Notes: generated from the sequence alone by a model not told the origin. A DNA stretch of 64,000 bases from Felis catus (GCF_018350175.1 NC_058368.1:124188001-124252000); one strand, 5' to 3'; positions 12,620 through 26,046 are shown, counted from the stretch's first letter. Numbers and translations: made by a program.

Positions 12620-12832
12620 AAATTTTTTATGTTTATTTATTTTTGAGAGAGAGGGAGAGATAGAACGTGAGCAGGGGAGGGGCAGAGAGAGAGGGAGACA
12701 CAGACTCCCAAGCAGGCTTCCGGCTCTGAGCTGTCAGCACAGAGCCTGACACGGGGCTCGAACTCACAAACGGCGAGATCGTGACCTGAGCCAAAGTTGG
12801 ACTCTCAGCTGACTGAGCCACCAGGCGCCCCC
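12620..12832 (-). mobile_element. CanSINE
   Basis: Full-length, flanked by AAAAAACTAAATT repeats. Confidence 0.92.
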
Positions 12833-14477
12833 AAAAAACTAAATTTAAATTAAAAAATTCTTGATGCATAAACTCTCCCAAATAACACTATCAACTTCTT
12901 GGTTAGGGCTTCACAGTACTATATTTGGAACAAAGTATTCTTTTATTAAATAGTAATACTAACTTGATTTTATGCACTCCCTTACCATGTAACAGTCACT
13001 CCATAAACAATATGTTCATGAACTATTTAGATTCTCCCAAGGTAAAGGTATAAAAAAAGTTAAGGCGCAGGAACCATTTTCCTCCACCTATTGTATCTCT
13101 TATTTGCCAACTTTAAATAGTCCCATATGAGAAAACTCCACATCACTCAAGTGTTCATCAAAACAAAATAAAATATCAAGGCATGTTAGGAGAGGGATAT
13201 GTGGTCATGCCATCCTGACCACCCCACCAAGTACCTAGTTCACACTGTGCAGAGGATTCTCTATGGTTCCTGGAAACTGGCAATCTTTCTACTTTTGCAC
13301 TATATTCTTACAACAAAACTCAAAAAGAAGAGGTCCCATGAAGGTATTTATAGTTACCACAAAGCAACTAGATTTATCTAAGCGGGGCCACAAACACATT
13401 AAGTAAAGGAAAACAGGCAAAGTTAGGTTTCACATTTTTTAGTTAGAAAAAAATGTTTCCTAATTTTTAAAGGATTGTCATTGAGATGTGATGAAGATAC
13501 ATACATTACAGAACTTAATTTCATAATTCAAACCTAAGAGATGGAAACACAGTAGCACTAGCTAAAATATTAAATGCAATACCGCCAACTTAATTTGGGG
13601 GCTTATCTTGTTTTAAAATGGACAGAATTGACAGTATCCTGCTTATTGTTCCTGTCCTTTCAGTTTGTTGACAAGACATATTCAATTTACAGTTCTATTA
13701 TTAGCATTATCCTCCTTCATCTCTTGCAGAATTTTCCACACATATATTATAACCACATTGCAAACAATGATTTTCCTTGATATTTGCATGTTATTTTGGA
13801 AGATTTTATGGAGCTAAAACATAACTACTAACCACAGATACAGGGAATGTTTATTCCAAGCAATGAGTGGTTCTTCTGCAGTGGCAATTCCTCGACTGTG
13901 GTGGTTCAACATAGTAATGTGTTGAAAGGTGCTATAAGATGCATCACAAGTAATTCACAACTATTAAAGTAATAAAGTTAATAAATGATGTAAAAAATAA
14001 AATAAATTCAACACTGTCTCTACAGTTGATTGTTCTTATTCACTTTGATTCCCATGGATTTTCTCAAGTGGGAGAATGCATGGGAATTATAATGGATAAA
14101 AATTTAATAGCTTTGGTCTTTATAATTACTTTTTATAATTATTTTTGTTATTTGTGGATTGTGATTTTTGAGTCTCTTGTTCATTTCACTTTGAACCAAG
14201 GACAGAATAAAGAAGCATGAATAATATGTATAGATATAGATTTCATGGGAGGAAGAATGTCAATATAAACTTAGTTACTACAGTAACATTACTACTATAA
14301 TTGCAGAATAGATGAACTACAGTTGCCAAATAGAAGGCAAAGTAATGTTTGTTGAGTAAGCTGGGCAGGGATGAAGATGGGAAAAATTTCAGTATGGTAT
14401 CATGTATACATAGTACAGTGTTACTCTGAAAAATCTGCAAAAAATCCATCAAACTTATATTATGTTAGCTAATTATT

Positions 14478-14673
14478 ATTTTATTTATTTTTTAAAGTTT
14501 ATTTTTGAGAGAAAGAGAAAGAGAGCATGTGCAAGCAAACGGGGGACGGGAAGCAGACTCCAGGCTCTGAGCTGTCAGCACAGAGCCCAATGAGGGGCTC
14601 AAACTCACAAACCATGAGATCATGACCTGAGCAGAAGTCGGAAGCTTAACTGACTGAAACACCTAGGCACCCC
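14478..14673 (-). mobile_element. CanSINE
   Basis: Ends CCTAGGCACCCC, flanked by CTAATTATTATTTT repeats. Confidence 0.85.
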
Positions 14674-14738
14674 TAACTAATTATTATTTTAAAAATTATC
14701 CGGCTCTGCTCTATTCCATTAGTACTAATTACTAATTC

Positions 14739-14796
14739 CTTTTTTTAAATTTTTTATTTATTTTATTTTTATGAAATTGTCAAATTGGTTTCCATA
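14739..14796 (-). mobile_element. Extremely 5'-truncated cat-type L1 3' end with 15-bp TSD
   Basis: TATGGAAACCAATTTGACAA plus A-rich tail on minus. TSD ACTAATTACTAATTC at 14724-14738 and 14797-14811. Confidence 0.75.
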
Positions 14797-14944
14797 ACTA
14801 ATTACTAATTCATAACTAACATTTTTATACTACTGTTTTACATTATAACAAGTGCTTTTATGTAAATTATTTCACTTGACTCTCCTAATATCCTAGAGAA
14901 GCAGGTAGGTAGGGCAGGGGTTACTATTTTTTTATTTTTTTATG

Positions 14945-15170
14945 AGTTTATATTTTTAGAACAGGTTTACATTTAAACCAAAATTGAGAGGAAGGTACAA
15001 AGAATTCCCACATACCCTTGGCCCCCACACAGGCATAGCCTCTCTCATTATCAACGTCACTCACCAGAATGGTGCATTCTACCAAAGTTGAACCTACATG
15101 ACACACTATAAGCAACTTAAGTCTATAGTTTACCTTAGGGTTCACTCATGATATTGAATTCAATGGGTTT
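14945..15170 (-). mobile_element. Old L1 3' UTR fragment splitting the MIR that supplies exon 2
   Basis: AGTCTATAGTTTACCTTAGGGTTCACTC is the reverse of an L1 3' UTR motif. Confidence 0.65.
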
Positions 15171-15234
15171 CAAATGGCAAGGATTAACTACTGGAACCTC
15201 ACAAAAGAAAAACAAGACAGGCTAAGTTACTTAC

Positions 15235-15319
15235 CCAAATCACAAAATTAGGAAGTGAAGTAGGGATGTGAAACTAAGTCTTCTGCCTCCAAAAGTCATG
15301 TTCTTTTCATTGATTCTCA
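15235..15319 (-). other. IL6ST: IL6ST non-coding 5' UTR exon 2 (MIR-derived)
   Basis: Acceptor TATAG (AG 15320-15321), donor TGG|GTAAGT. Sequence ...GAAGACTTAGTTTCACATCCCTAC...CTAATTTTGTGATTTGG resembles the human IL6ST 5' UTR as recalled and the MIR consensus. Confidence 0.8.
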
Positions 15320-15495
15320 CTATAAAGAGAGGAAAGCCTTATAGAGAAAGCTGGCTTTGATAATATTTATTATATGCTTACTTCTTAAATCCTTGCCTAG
15401 TATAAGGCTTTCTGAAAGTATTCCATTGTAGATACCTTCTGACTTTCAGTATAAAACAATCCCATAAACACCTGTATAACAATATTTAAACATCC

Positions 15496-15702
15496 CTTTT
15501 TTTTCACATTTATTCATTTTTGAGAGGCAGAGACAGAGCGTGAGTAGGGGAGGGGCAGAGAGAGGGAGACAGAATCCTAAGCAGGCTTCAGGCTCTGAGC
15601 TGTCAGCACAGAGCCTGACAGTGGGCTCGAACTCACAAACTGCAAAACCATGACCTGCCCCAAAGTCAGACACTTAACCAACTGGGCCACTCAGGCTCCC
15701 CC
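15496..15702 (-). mobile_element. CanSINE
   Basis: GGCTCTGAGCTGTCAGCACAGAGCC...CAGGCTCCCC. Confidence 0.88.
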
Positions 15703-16754
15703 ATCCTACTGTTTTAATACATACTTGGAAACATTATCAGCCCCTCTGTGCCTAGTCCAAACTTCCCTGATTTTCATGTAATGTCACAGAAACATGAAAG
15801 GGACATTTTGTTGAATTTGACAAAAGCAGTTAAAACAAATCTTTAACAGAATCATACCTTTTAACCTTTCACTAACAGTTAAGACTACTAACTCTTCAAC
15901 TGCCAAACTATTTTATGCACACAAATAAAAACTCAGTTTAAAATTCAAAGCTAGGTTAAATCTGGTGTAAAAGTAATGGCAGTTCTTCTTTGAAATGTAA
16001 AAGATAACTTCAAACTTAGGAAAGGAGTTGAATCTTCCATTATTGTTTCACAAATATTAACACTTTGATATAATTTAATAATATATAAGAAACTGAATTT
16101 ATAACAATGATATATTAAAATATAAAGGAAATAATTATTTTTAAATTTTCAAGTGAACAGCAGTTGAAAATGTCATGTACAAGTCCTCTACAATCCCCAG
16201 AGAACTACTGTCAACAATTTGATGGAAACTCTTGCAAAATTTTTATTTGTATATTCTAAAATTATACTGTATAAATACACTTTATTTCACAAAAATGTTC
16301 TATAACTTGCTTTTTTCCCTTACTAAAGTCAATACATAAAGATTATTACATTTGCTCAAATTCACCTTCTCATACAGGTTTTCCCTGGCCACCCAGTATT
16401 GCTTATCCTCCTTTCCTGTTTTTTTTTTTTTTTTTTCTCAATGGCACTTAATACTTTTTAAAACAGCTTGGCAAATATTTCTTATAAAGAACCAAATAAT
16501 AATTATTTTAGGTTTTGTGTGTGTTAAGGTCTTTGTTGCAACTAGTTAACTCTGTTATAGATAATATGTAAACAAATGGGCACACTATATGTTAACTAAC
16601 TTGGATTTAAATTAAAAAAAGGGATGGCTGAATTCTAATAAAACCTTATTTAATAAAATAGGATGCAGGTTAGATTAGGTCTGTGGACCATAGTATGCCA
16701 ACACTTCAGAAAGTGTGCCAAAATAGTATTTAATTTACTTATTTTGTTTATTGG

Positions 16755-17152
16755 CTGTTATTGGTTGAATTGTGTTTTCCTCCTGAACGACATGTTGATC
16801 TCCTAACCCCCAGTATCTCATAATATGACCCTATTTAGAAATAGGGCTGTGGCAGATATAATTAGTTAAGATATCATAATGGAGTGGCCCTTAATACTGG
16901 TTGCTTGTCATTATAAGATAAAACACACAAGCACAATGCCATGTGACAACACAGGCAGGGAATGGCTACCACCAGAAGCTACGAAGAGGGAAGAGGCAAA
17001 GATTTTATCGAGAGTTTCAGAAGGACTTCTGGCCTCCAGAACCGTAAGAGAATAAACTTCTCTTACTAGAATAACTTAATAGAATAAACTTTTATTGTTT
17101 TTTAAGTCATCCAGCTTGTGCCATTTTGTTACAGCAGCCCTGGGAAACTAAT
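16755..17152 (+). mobile_element. MaLR (MLT1-type) solo LTR
   Basis: TGTTATTGGTTGAATTGTG...CTAACCCCCAGTA...TTTGTTACAGCAGCCCTGGGAAACTAATACA. Confidence 0.8.
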
Positions 17153-17532
17153 ACACTGTGCACCTAAAATAGAAAGCAAGCAAATTAGGCAAGAAATTCT
17201 GTGTGTTTTGTTTTCAACTATGCTCCTAGCAACAAGAATCATACCTAGAATGGTAAGTACCTCAATATATTTGTTGGATGGATAAACTGACTTCCTTGTT
17301 GTAAGCTGGTACATGATATATTAGTGGAAAAAAACATACTATAATATAACCAGTCTCAAGTCTGGTGGGACAAAGCTTTCATTTCTCTTTGGAAAATAGC
17401 TAGTTTAATAGCTAGGTCATATATATGGTAGGTATATATTTATTCATATTCTTCTTTGGTGATGTGTCCAAATATTTTGCTCATTTTTAAATTGCATTTG
17501 TTGTTTTTTCATTACTATGTTTACAAAGTTTT

Positions 17533-17758
17533 TTTTTTTTTTTAATTTTTTTTTTCAACGTTTATTTATTTTTGGGACAGAGAGAGACAGAGCATGAACG
17601 GGGGAGGGGCAGAGAGAGAGGGAGACACAGAATCGGAAACAGGCTCCAGGCTCTGAGCCATCAGCCCAGAGCCCGACGTGGGGCTCGAACTCACGGACCG
17701 CGAGATCGTGACCTGGCTGAAGTCGGATGCTTAACCAACTGCGCCACCCAGGCGCCCC
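17533..17758 (-). mobile_element. Young felid CanSINE with TSD TGTTTACAAAGTTTT
   Basis: CpG-rich near-consensus copy. TSD at 17518-17532 and 17759-17773. Confidence 0.95.
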
Positions 17759-17787
17759 TGTTTACAAAGTTTTAAAAATATATTCTA

Positions 17788-18215
17788 GGGGTGCCTTGGT
17801 GGCTCAGTCGGTTAAGCATCTGACTTCAGTTCAGGTCACGATCTCACAGTTCACGGGTTCAAGCCCAGCGTCGGGCTGTGTGTTGACGGCTCAGAGCCTG
17901 GAGCCTACTTCAGATTCTGTGTCTCAGGCTCTCTGCCCCTCCCCCACTCACACTCTTTCAAAAATAAACACTACAAAAAAAACCCATCTATATATATGTA
18001 TATATATATATAGATGCCTGGGTGGCTCAGTCAGTTAAGTGTCTGACTTTGACTAGGTCATGATCTCACAGTTCATGGGTTTGAGCACCACGTTGGGCTC
18101 TGTGCTGACAGCTCAGAGCCTGGAGTCTGCTTTGGATTCTGTCTCCCTCCCTCTGCCCCTCCTCTGCTCAAGTTCTGTCTCTCAAAAATAAATAAATGTT
18201 AAAAAAATTAAAAAA
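17788..18215 (+). mobile_element. Two tandem CanSINEs separated by a (TA)n tract
   Basis: Heads at 17788 and ~18013, each with CT tract and AATAAA tail. Confidence 0.9.
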
Positions 18216-20066
18216 TATATACATATTCTACATATAAGGTCTTTATTAGAAAATTCTTTTAAGTATATTCTCCCAATCTGTGGCTTATCTTTCCATTCTA
18301 TTAATTCTTTTTAAAGAGCAGAAATATTCATTCTAATGAAGTCCAATTTATGAATTAGTGTTTTTGGTATCTAAGCACTAATCTTTTGGTATCTAATTAC
18401 TGTATCTAAGAAATCTTTGCCTACCTCAAAGTCCCAAAGGTTTTTTCCTATGTTTTCTAGCTAAAAGTTTTATAGTTTTAGGTTTTATATTCAGGTCTAT
18501 CAACTATTTCAAAATAATTTCTATATATGGTATAAAGTAGGTATTCAAGTTATTTTCTTTACATATGAATAGCCAATTGTTTCCAAACTGTATGTAGAAA
18601 AACTATCCTTTCTCAAGTGAATTACCTTTATACTTTCATCAAAAATCAACTGCCAATATATGTGTGAGTCTGTTTCGGTAATCTTTATTCCATGGCTGGA
18701 TAAACATTTTATGTAAAGGGCCAGAGAGAATAAATGTTTTAGGGTTTGTAGATCACAAGATATCTGCTGGAACTACCCAATCTGTTGTTGTGGCACAAAA
18801 GCAGCCATAGGTAATACATAAACAAATGGGTGTGGCTGTATTCTAATAATAATTAAAAAAAGGAGGCAGCCTAGATTTCCCCTGTGAGCGCTAATTATCC
18901 AATTCCTGCTCTATTCTGTGGCATGATGTATTTGCTTATCTTTATACAACTATTCCAGTCTTGATGACCGTAGCTTTAAGTCTTGATATCAGTGTTCTGG
19001 GTGTACTTAAAAAGCAATGCTTTTGCTGGATGGAGTGTTATGTAAATGTCAATCTCATTGACAGTATTATCCAAATCTTCTATATCTTTAGTAATTTTCT
19101 ACTTCCTCTATCAATTATTGAAAAGGGGGTATTGATATCCCCCAATAGAACTCTGGCTTTATTTCTTCTTGCAGTTCTTTCAGATTTTGTCCTATATATT
19201 TTGAAGCTACATTATTAGGCATATAAATATAAGGTCTTCCTGATGAATTGACTCTTCCATCATTGTGCAATGATGTTCTTTACCAATGGTAATATTCTTT
19301 GCTCTGAAATCTACCTTGACATTATAGACAATCTAACCTTCTCTTCATTAGTGTTATAGTATATCTTTCCCCATTCTTTTATACTTAAACTGTTTGTTTC
19401 TTCATATTTAAAGAGCCCTGTTTGTCTTTTGTTGCATTTTATTTGTTTTGGTAACCAGGATACAGTTATATCTAATCTGACAACCTCTGCTTTTATTGGG
19501 TATCTAGGCCACTTATATTTAATATCATTATTGAAACAGTTGGGCTGAAAGCTATCATCTTTGTATTTGTTTTTTACTTATTTAACCTCTTGTTTCCCTT
19601 TTCTTCTTTTACTGTCATGTTCACTTAATTACTTTTTTTTTTATCATTTCCATTTTGTCTTCCTTGTTAGCTTATAAGCTATTAAATCTTTGTTTTGTTA
19701 TCTTAGTGGTTACTTTAAGGTTTATAGTACACACAGTATAGTATAGACAACTTATTAGTCTACAAGTGATGTTACAGCACCTCATGCACAGTAAAGTATA
19801 AAACAGCATACATCCATTTCTCTCCTCTTGATCTTTATACTATTTTTGCCATACAACTTACTTTTGTATATTTTATAAACTTCACGTGTAGTTTACAAAT
19901 ATTATAAACCATGTTGTCACTATTTTTTAAAATAATTATTGTAAGAGAAGACTAAATAATATAAAAATCTTGTATATTTATCCATATCACTACCATTTCC
20001 AGAGTTTTTCATCCTTTGTCTGGGTCCACATTTCATCTGATACTTTCATTCTGCCTGAAAGACTAA

Positions 20067-20122
<56 letters not shown>

Positions 20123-20180
20123 GTGTATATATATATATGTGTATATATATATGTGTGTGTGTGTATATATATATGTATAT
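20067..20180. repeat. Compound (TG)n/(TA)n microsatellite
   Basis: Directly visible. Confidence 0.95.
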
Positions 20181-20683
20181 GGCAGCAGACCCCCACTTGT
20201 AGTGGGTCTTGTAGTGTGAGTCTGCTTGTAGTCACACTTGTAGTGTGGGTCTCCTGGTGATTAAGTCTTTATATATCTAAAAAGCATTGCATTATTATTT
20301 TTCATAGATATTTTCACTGGGTATAGATTCTCAATTGATAGTTTTTTCTTTCAGTACCTAAAAATGTAGCTATTAACTTCTTGCATGCACTGTTTCTAAT
20401 GAGAAATCTACTATCATCCTTGTCTTTCTTCTTTTGGATAAGAAGTCTCTTATTTTCCGCTGGATGAATCTAAGTTTTTTGTAACTAGTTTATCACTAAC
20501 TTTGAGCAACTGGACTATAACATACCTTGGTATAGTTTTCATCGTGTTTCTTACGCTTAGAGTTGAATAAGCTTATTAGATCTGCTGGTTTATAGTTTTC
20601 ATCAAATCTAGAAAAATTGTGGCCATTACTTCTTTGAAGATATTTATCTCTGACCCTCCTGCTCCCATCCTTAAGGATTCTAA

Positions 20684-20888
20684 CGTTTTTTATTTATTAT
20701 TGAGAGACAGAGAAAGACGGCATGAGCATGGGAGGGGCAGAGAGAGGAAGGAGACACAGAATCTGAAGCAGGCTCCAGGCTCTGAGCTTTCAGCACAGAG
20801 CCTGACACAGGGATGGAACCCACAAAACACGATATCATTACCCGAGCTGACGCTGGATGCCCAACCAACCAAGCCACCCAGGCGCCCC
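20684..20888 (-). mobile_element. CanSINE with TSD ATCCTTAAGGATTCTAA
   Basis: TSD at 20667-20683 and 20890-20906. Confidence 0.93.
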
Positions 20889-21369
20889 GATCCTTAAGGA
20901 TTCTAATAACATGTATTATCAGGATGCTTGAAGTAGTCCCACAGCTCAGTGATGTGAGCTGTAAGTCCATTTTTTCTTTCTTTCTAGGTTTTATAATTTC
21001 TACCGCTATGTCTTTAAGTTTACTAATTTCTTCCTCTGCAATGTCCAATCTGCGATTAATCCTAACTTATGTATTTTCCATCTTACACAATGTTATTTGT
21101 CATCTCTAGAAGTTCAATAGGGTCTTTTTCATATTTTCTATAACCTTACTTAGATTTTTAAACATACAGAACATAGTCATATAATTATTCTAATCTCTTT
21201 GGTAATTTTATCTGTGTGAGCCCTGGGTGAGCTTTAATTTTTCTTATTATATAATGTACTTTCATGCTTCTTTGCATGCCTGATAATTTTTGACTGTATG
21301 CCACTGAATTTCACCTTATTTGCTATTGGGATTTTTTTGCATTTCTACAGTGTTTAGAAAAAAAAAAAA

Positions 21370-21799
21370 TTTTAACGTTTATTTATTTTTGACAGAGAGA
21401 GAGACAGAGCATGAGCGGGAAAGGGGCAGAGAGAGAGGGAGACAGAGAATCCAAAGCAGGCTCCAGGCTCTGAGCTGTCAGCACAGAGCCCAACACAGGG
21501 CTCAAACTCACAGACCGCGAGATCATGACCTGAGCTGAAGTCGGATGATCAATTGACTGAGCCACCTGGTGCCCCTAGAAAAAATTTTTTTAATGTTTAT
21601 TTATTTTTTGAGAGATACAGAGAATGAGCACAAGCCAGAGGTGGGGCGGACAAAGAAAGGGAGACACAGAATCCAAAGCAGGCCCCAGGCTCTGAGCTGT
21701 CAGCACAGAACTCGAGGTGGGGCTCGAACCAATGAACTGTGAGATCATGACCTGAGCAGAAGTCAGATGCTTAACCGACTGAGCCACCCAGGTACCCCC
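21370..21799 (-). mobile_element. Two tandem CanSINEs
   Basis: Heads end at 21574 and 21799. TAGAAAAAA flanks the left copy on both sides. Confidence 0.9.
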
Positions 21800-21889
21800 T
21801 GTACTTCTATACTCTTGAGCTTTGTTCCATGACACAGTTAAGTTACTTGGAAACAGTTTGGTCCTTTCACATCTTGCTTTTAAGATGCA

Positions 21890-22439
21890 CAGGTATCTAC
21901 ATATTTACCCAAACAATAAAAAAAAAAGATTAATACAAAGGAATACATGCACCCCAATGTTTATAGCAGCATTATCTATAATACCCAAATTATGAAATAG
22001 CTTAAGGGTCCACTAACTGATGAATAAAGAAGATGTGGTATATATACACATCAGAATATTACTCAGCCATCAAAAAGAATGAAATCTTGCCATTTGCAAC
22101 AGCATGGATGGAGCTAGAGAGTATTAAGCTAAGCAAGATTAAGTCAGTCAGAGAAAGACAAATACTGTGTGATTTCACTCATGTGGAATTTAAGAAAGAA
22201 AACAAATGAGAAAAGGGGAGAAAAAGAGAGGTAAACCAAGAAATAGACTCTAGCTAAAAAACTGACAATTACTAGAAGGGAGGTAGGTGTGGAGACAGGT
22301 GAAAATGGGGATTAAGAAGTGTACCTGTGATGACTTCCAGGTGTTGTATGTAAGTGTTGAATCACTATATTGTACACCTGAAAGTAATATTATACTGTAT
22401 TTTAACTAACTGGAATTTAAATAAAAATTAAAAAAAAAT
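21890..22439 (+). mobile_element. Carnivore L1 3' end
   Basis: CACCCCAATGTTTATAGCAGC, AATGAAATCTTGCCATTTGCAAC, AACTAACTGGAATTTAAATAAAA plus A tail. Confidence 0.88.
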
Positions 22440-23039
22440 ACACTGGGTAGGATGGGAGCAGTGCTTATTCTAGGGCGATTTATTCCCTACTACTGAGGCA
22501 GGATCCTTCTGTGTACTCTCCAATGTCCCAGGAATTAGGGTTGGTTCCCAACCTGACTGGTGAGGACAGGTACCATTCCTGTCTCTATGGAAGGATCAAC
22601 CCTGTTATCTGTACCGTCTCCAGGAGGTTCTTTCCCTGACATGTTTCTTTACATGCATGCACTGGTCAGTACTCAGCTGAACAGCTGAATGGGACATCTG
22701 AAGCTTTCAAGAGTTCTCTAGTATTCTGTTCTGTCAACTCTAGCACCTTTGTTATTCCAGGCCATTTCTGGAAATCCAAGAGAATCCACATCCATGGGAC
22801 TTACCCTGCATTCCTACCTATGCCATGGCCTGGAAAGTTTCTCAACGTACTAGGATAGTGCAGTCATAGGGTTCATTTTATTTGTTTCCAATCTATCAAG
22901 ATCACTGCCTTTCATTATCCAGTGTCAAGTGTCTTATCATTGCTTCATGTGTTTTTCCTATTCTATGGCTGTTTCATGCAGGAGGGTAAATCTTATCCTT
23001 ATTATCCTACTTTGGCCGTGAGTCCAAGGTGCACAGTCA

Positions 23040-23833
23040 CTTGGATAAAAAATCAAACAAGGATTACATAATAAAACTATTATCAAACTATGATGAGTAC
23101 TGGTGTGAAAAATCCTAATTAAAGCATTGCAAGTTTATTCTAGCAATGTACATGAACACAAAACAAAACAAAAACCATAAATACTAACAAGTATTTAGCC
23201 TAAAAATATTAGTCCAATATGCAAAAGGATAACATTGCTATCCATCATATTTATTAAAAGAAGAAAACTATATAATCATTCCAACAGATGCTTGAAAAGC
23301 ATCTGATAATATTCAAAAGCTTCACTTAAAATTTAAAAATAACAACAAAGTGTCAGAAAACTAAGACTGAAAGAGACCATCCACTTGATGAAGTATAATA
23401 AAGAAGAGGATGGATTCTGGAATCCGACCACCTATGTTCAAATTCCAGCTCCTTAATTTTGTATAACATCTTAGCCAAGTTATTTGATACCCCTCACTTT
23501 CATTTTCCTTACCTGTAAAATAAGGATAACACTACCACCTACCCACATACTACCTAGGACTTTTGGGAAGACTAAGCAAGTCAATAAATGTGAAGTGCTT
23601 AAAACTTATCTGGCTGACAAGTATGTACTCAATAAATGGTCATCTGTGGTAGCACAGTACTTTATCAGAAGCCTACAATAAACATCATATTTAAAAATAA
23701 GAATTAGAGGGCTGCCTGGGTGGCTCACATGGTTAAGCATCCGACTCCTGATTTCCTCTCAGGTCATGATCTCAGGGTTCATGAGATTGAGCTATGCATT
23801 GGCTCTGTGCTCGCATAAGGGAGCCTTCTTGGG

Positions 23834-23883
<50 letters not shown>

Positions 23884-24890
23884 CCTCACATGCTCTCAAA
23901 TTAAATAAACTTAAAAAAAAATTAGATGCATTCCTGTCAAAGTCAGAATTCAAACAAGATGCTTGGAGTCATCACTTATTCAATACTGTTCTAGAGGGCT
24001 TAACTAAAAATAGAACAAATAAATATGATATAAAAATGGAAAAAGAAAAACGTATAAATACCATCTATTAAGAAAAAGAATGAGAACCAAATGACAAACT
24101 ACCACAACTACTGAGAGTTTAATAAACAAAAGATCATCAAAAAACATAGCTCTCCTATACATCACTAATAACCAATTAGAAATGTAAAAGAAAAAATTCT
24201 ATTCACAACACCATCAAAAACTGTAATATATCTAAGAAAAAAAAATCTAATAAGAACTATGTAGAAAAAAACAACTATGTAATAACTTTATACAGAAAAG
24301 TATAAAACCTTACTAAACAGCTCGTTAGGAAGACTTAAATATCATGGAATGAAAAACAAAATATATATAATAGAGACATCAGTTCTTCACAAATTAACAT
24401 ATTAATGCAATACAATTTTAATCCACATTGCAAAGTGGTTTATTACGAAAATTTACAAACCAATTTAAAATTTCGTATGAAATATTAGATAATAGCCAAA
24501 AACCTACTTTCAAAAGGAAAAATAAACAGAATATTGCTGTATCATCTGTTAAGACATACTATGTTATAGTAATCAAAGCATGGCATTGGCATATGAATAA
24601 TTCTACCAATGGTACAAAACAAAAAATCCAGAAATAACCCATGTACATTTAAGAATTTAATTATCTGATTAAAAAAAAAAAAGCATCTCTTATCACTGGG
24701 GAAATAAAGGACTATTTAATAAATAGTATTGGGACAGCTGGCTCCACAAGCAAAAAGATAAAGAGCTCTATTTCATCACAGATACATACACTCCAACTTG
24801 ATTATGGACCCAAATGCAAAAGCAAAATTTAAGAGTATTGGAAGAAAATACAGAGTATGTTTATGACCTTAGAGAAGAAGGCCTCTTACA
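23040..24890 (+). mobile_element. Old L1 ORF2 relic with nested MIR (~23400-23640) and CanSINE (23708-23920)
   Basis: CAGATGCTTGAAAAGCATCTGATAATATTCAA, TTCAATACTGTTCTAGAG. SINE has a long (CT)n. Confidence 0.7.
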
Positions 24891-25862
24891 AATTACCACT
24901 GTTTTAGACATATGAAAAGGCCTAAAGAGTATTGTGACAACCATCCATGCTCTCACTACAGCCTAAGAAATAAAACTTAACAAATAATAGCTGAAGACAA
25001 ATAAACAACCTTAAGAAGTTCAAAGTTTACAGGGTAGACTATGCACCCAATGCTACAGAAGCATATAGAAGAACTCAATTCAGAAAGGGCCCAGGAAGGC
25101 CCAAATATGAAATATGAGTAAAGGTTTTTCTAAACAGAGAAAACAGCATACACGTTAGCTATGCCATCTTTGACTCTAAATGTCAAATGAAGATTATCAA
25201 TGGCAAAATTCCAGCACATGCCAGTGTACAAACCAGAGCTGTACTATCTGAAACATAGCTGTGATGAGTTTACTTTGTGTTAGGGACTAGAGGTGAGGGA
25301 ATATATACTAGAGAACATCCAACAAAAAACAGATTGTGCAGACAACCTATATGAAATGCACTATTCAGAAGTAAATATACAAATCTACCTCAAAGCAGAG
25401 GATGAAACTGAGTAAACAGAAAATGAAAATTTGGAGGTAGAACACCCAAATTTTAACCGGACAACAGATTTATTGTGCTGAAAGGAATAAAGCTCCTGCT
25501 CTGGGTATGTTTACATACACAGCTTTGAAATGATAATCTATACTATAGGCACATTTCAACAGATGAAGCTCTCAAGTCATGATCAAGTAGCTAACTTCTC
25601 ATTAAATCTCATTAAGATATACTAGTCAGACAGAATAAAAGAGACTGTAACCATTGTGACAATATCAAAAGTGTTTCTGAAACATTCCATATTGTTGACT
25701 ATCTTTGCTTCCTGAATTTCTTTTATCTCCTGGTTTCTATGTAACAATATTATGTTGTTGAAATCTTTCCTTTGTCTATTTTACTGTCTCCTTCATTGAA
25801 TTCTCTGCTAGGTTTTATCTCCTGGCTATGAATGGAGCCAAGACTATTTAGGATCTACTACT

Positions 25863-26046
25863 TATTTTTTAAGTTAATTTATCTATTTGTGGGGGGGCGG
25901 GGGGCAGAGAGGGAGAGAGAATCCCAAGCAGGGGTCCCGCCCTGTCAGTGCCCCAACGCAGGCCTTGAACCCACGAACTATGAGATCATGACCTGAGCGG
26001 AAATCAAGACACAGTCACTGAACTGACTGAGCCACCCAGGCGGCCC
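25863..26046 (-). mobile_element. CanSINE with TSD TAGGATCTACTA
   Basis: GAGATCATGACCTGAGC...GAGCCACCCAGG, direct repeats on both flanks. Confidence 0.85.

Larger units (their letters stand above)
18230..21880 (-). mobile_element. Fragmented old L1 with nested MER58-like element (~18690-18908), SINEs and microsatellite
   Basis: T-rich antisense L1 motifs (TTCTCCCAATCTGTGGCTT, TCTTTGCCTA, TTTATAGTTTTAGG). MER58-like GTAAAGGGCCAGA...AAAAGCAGCCATAG. Confidence 0.65.
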
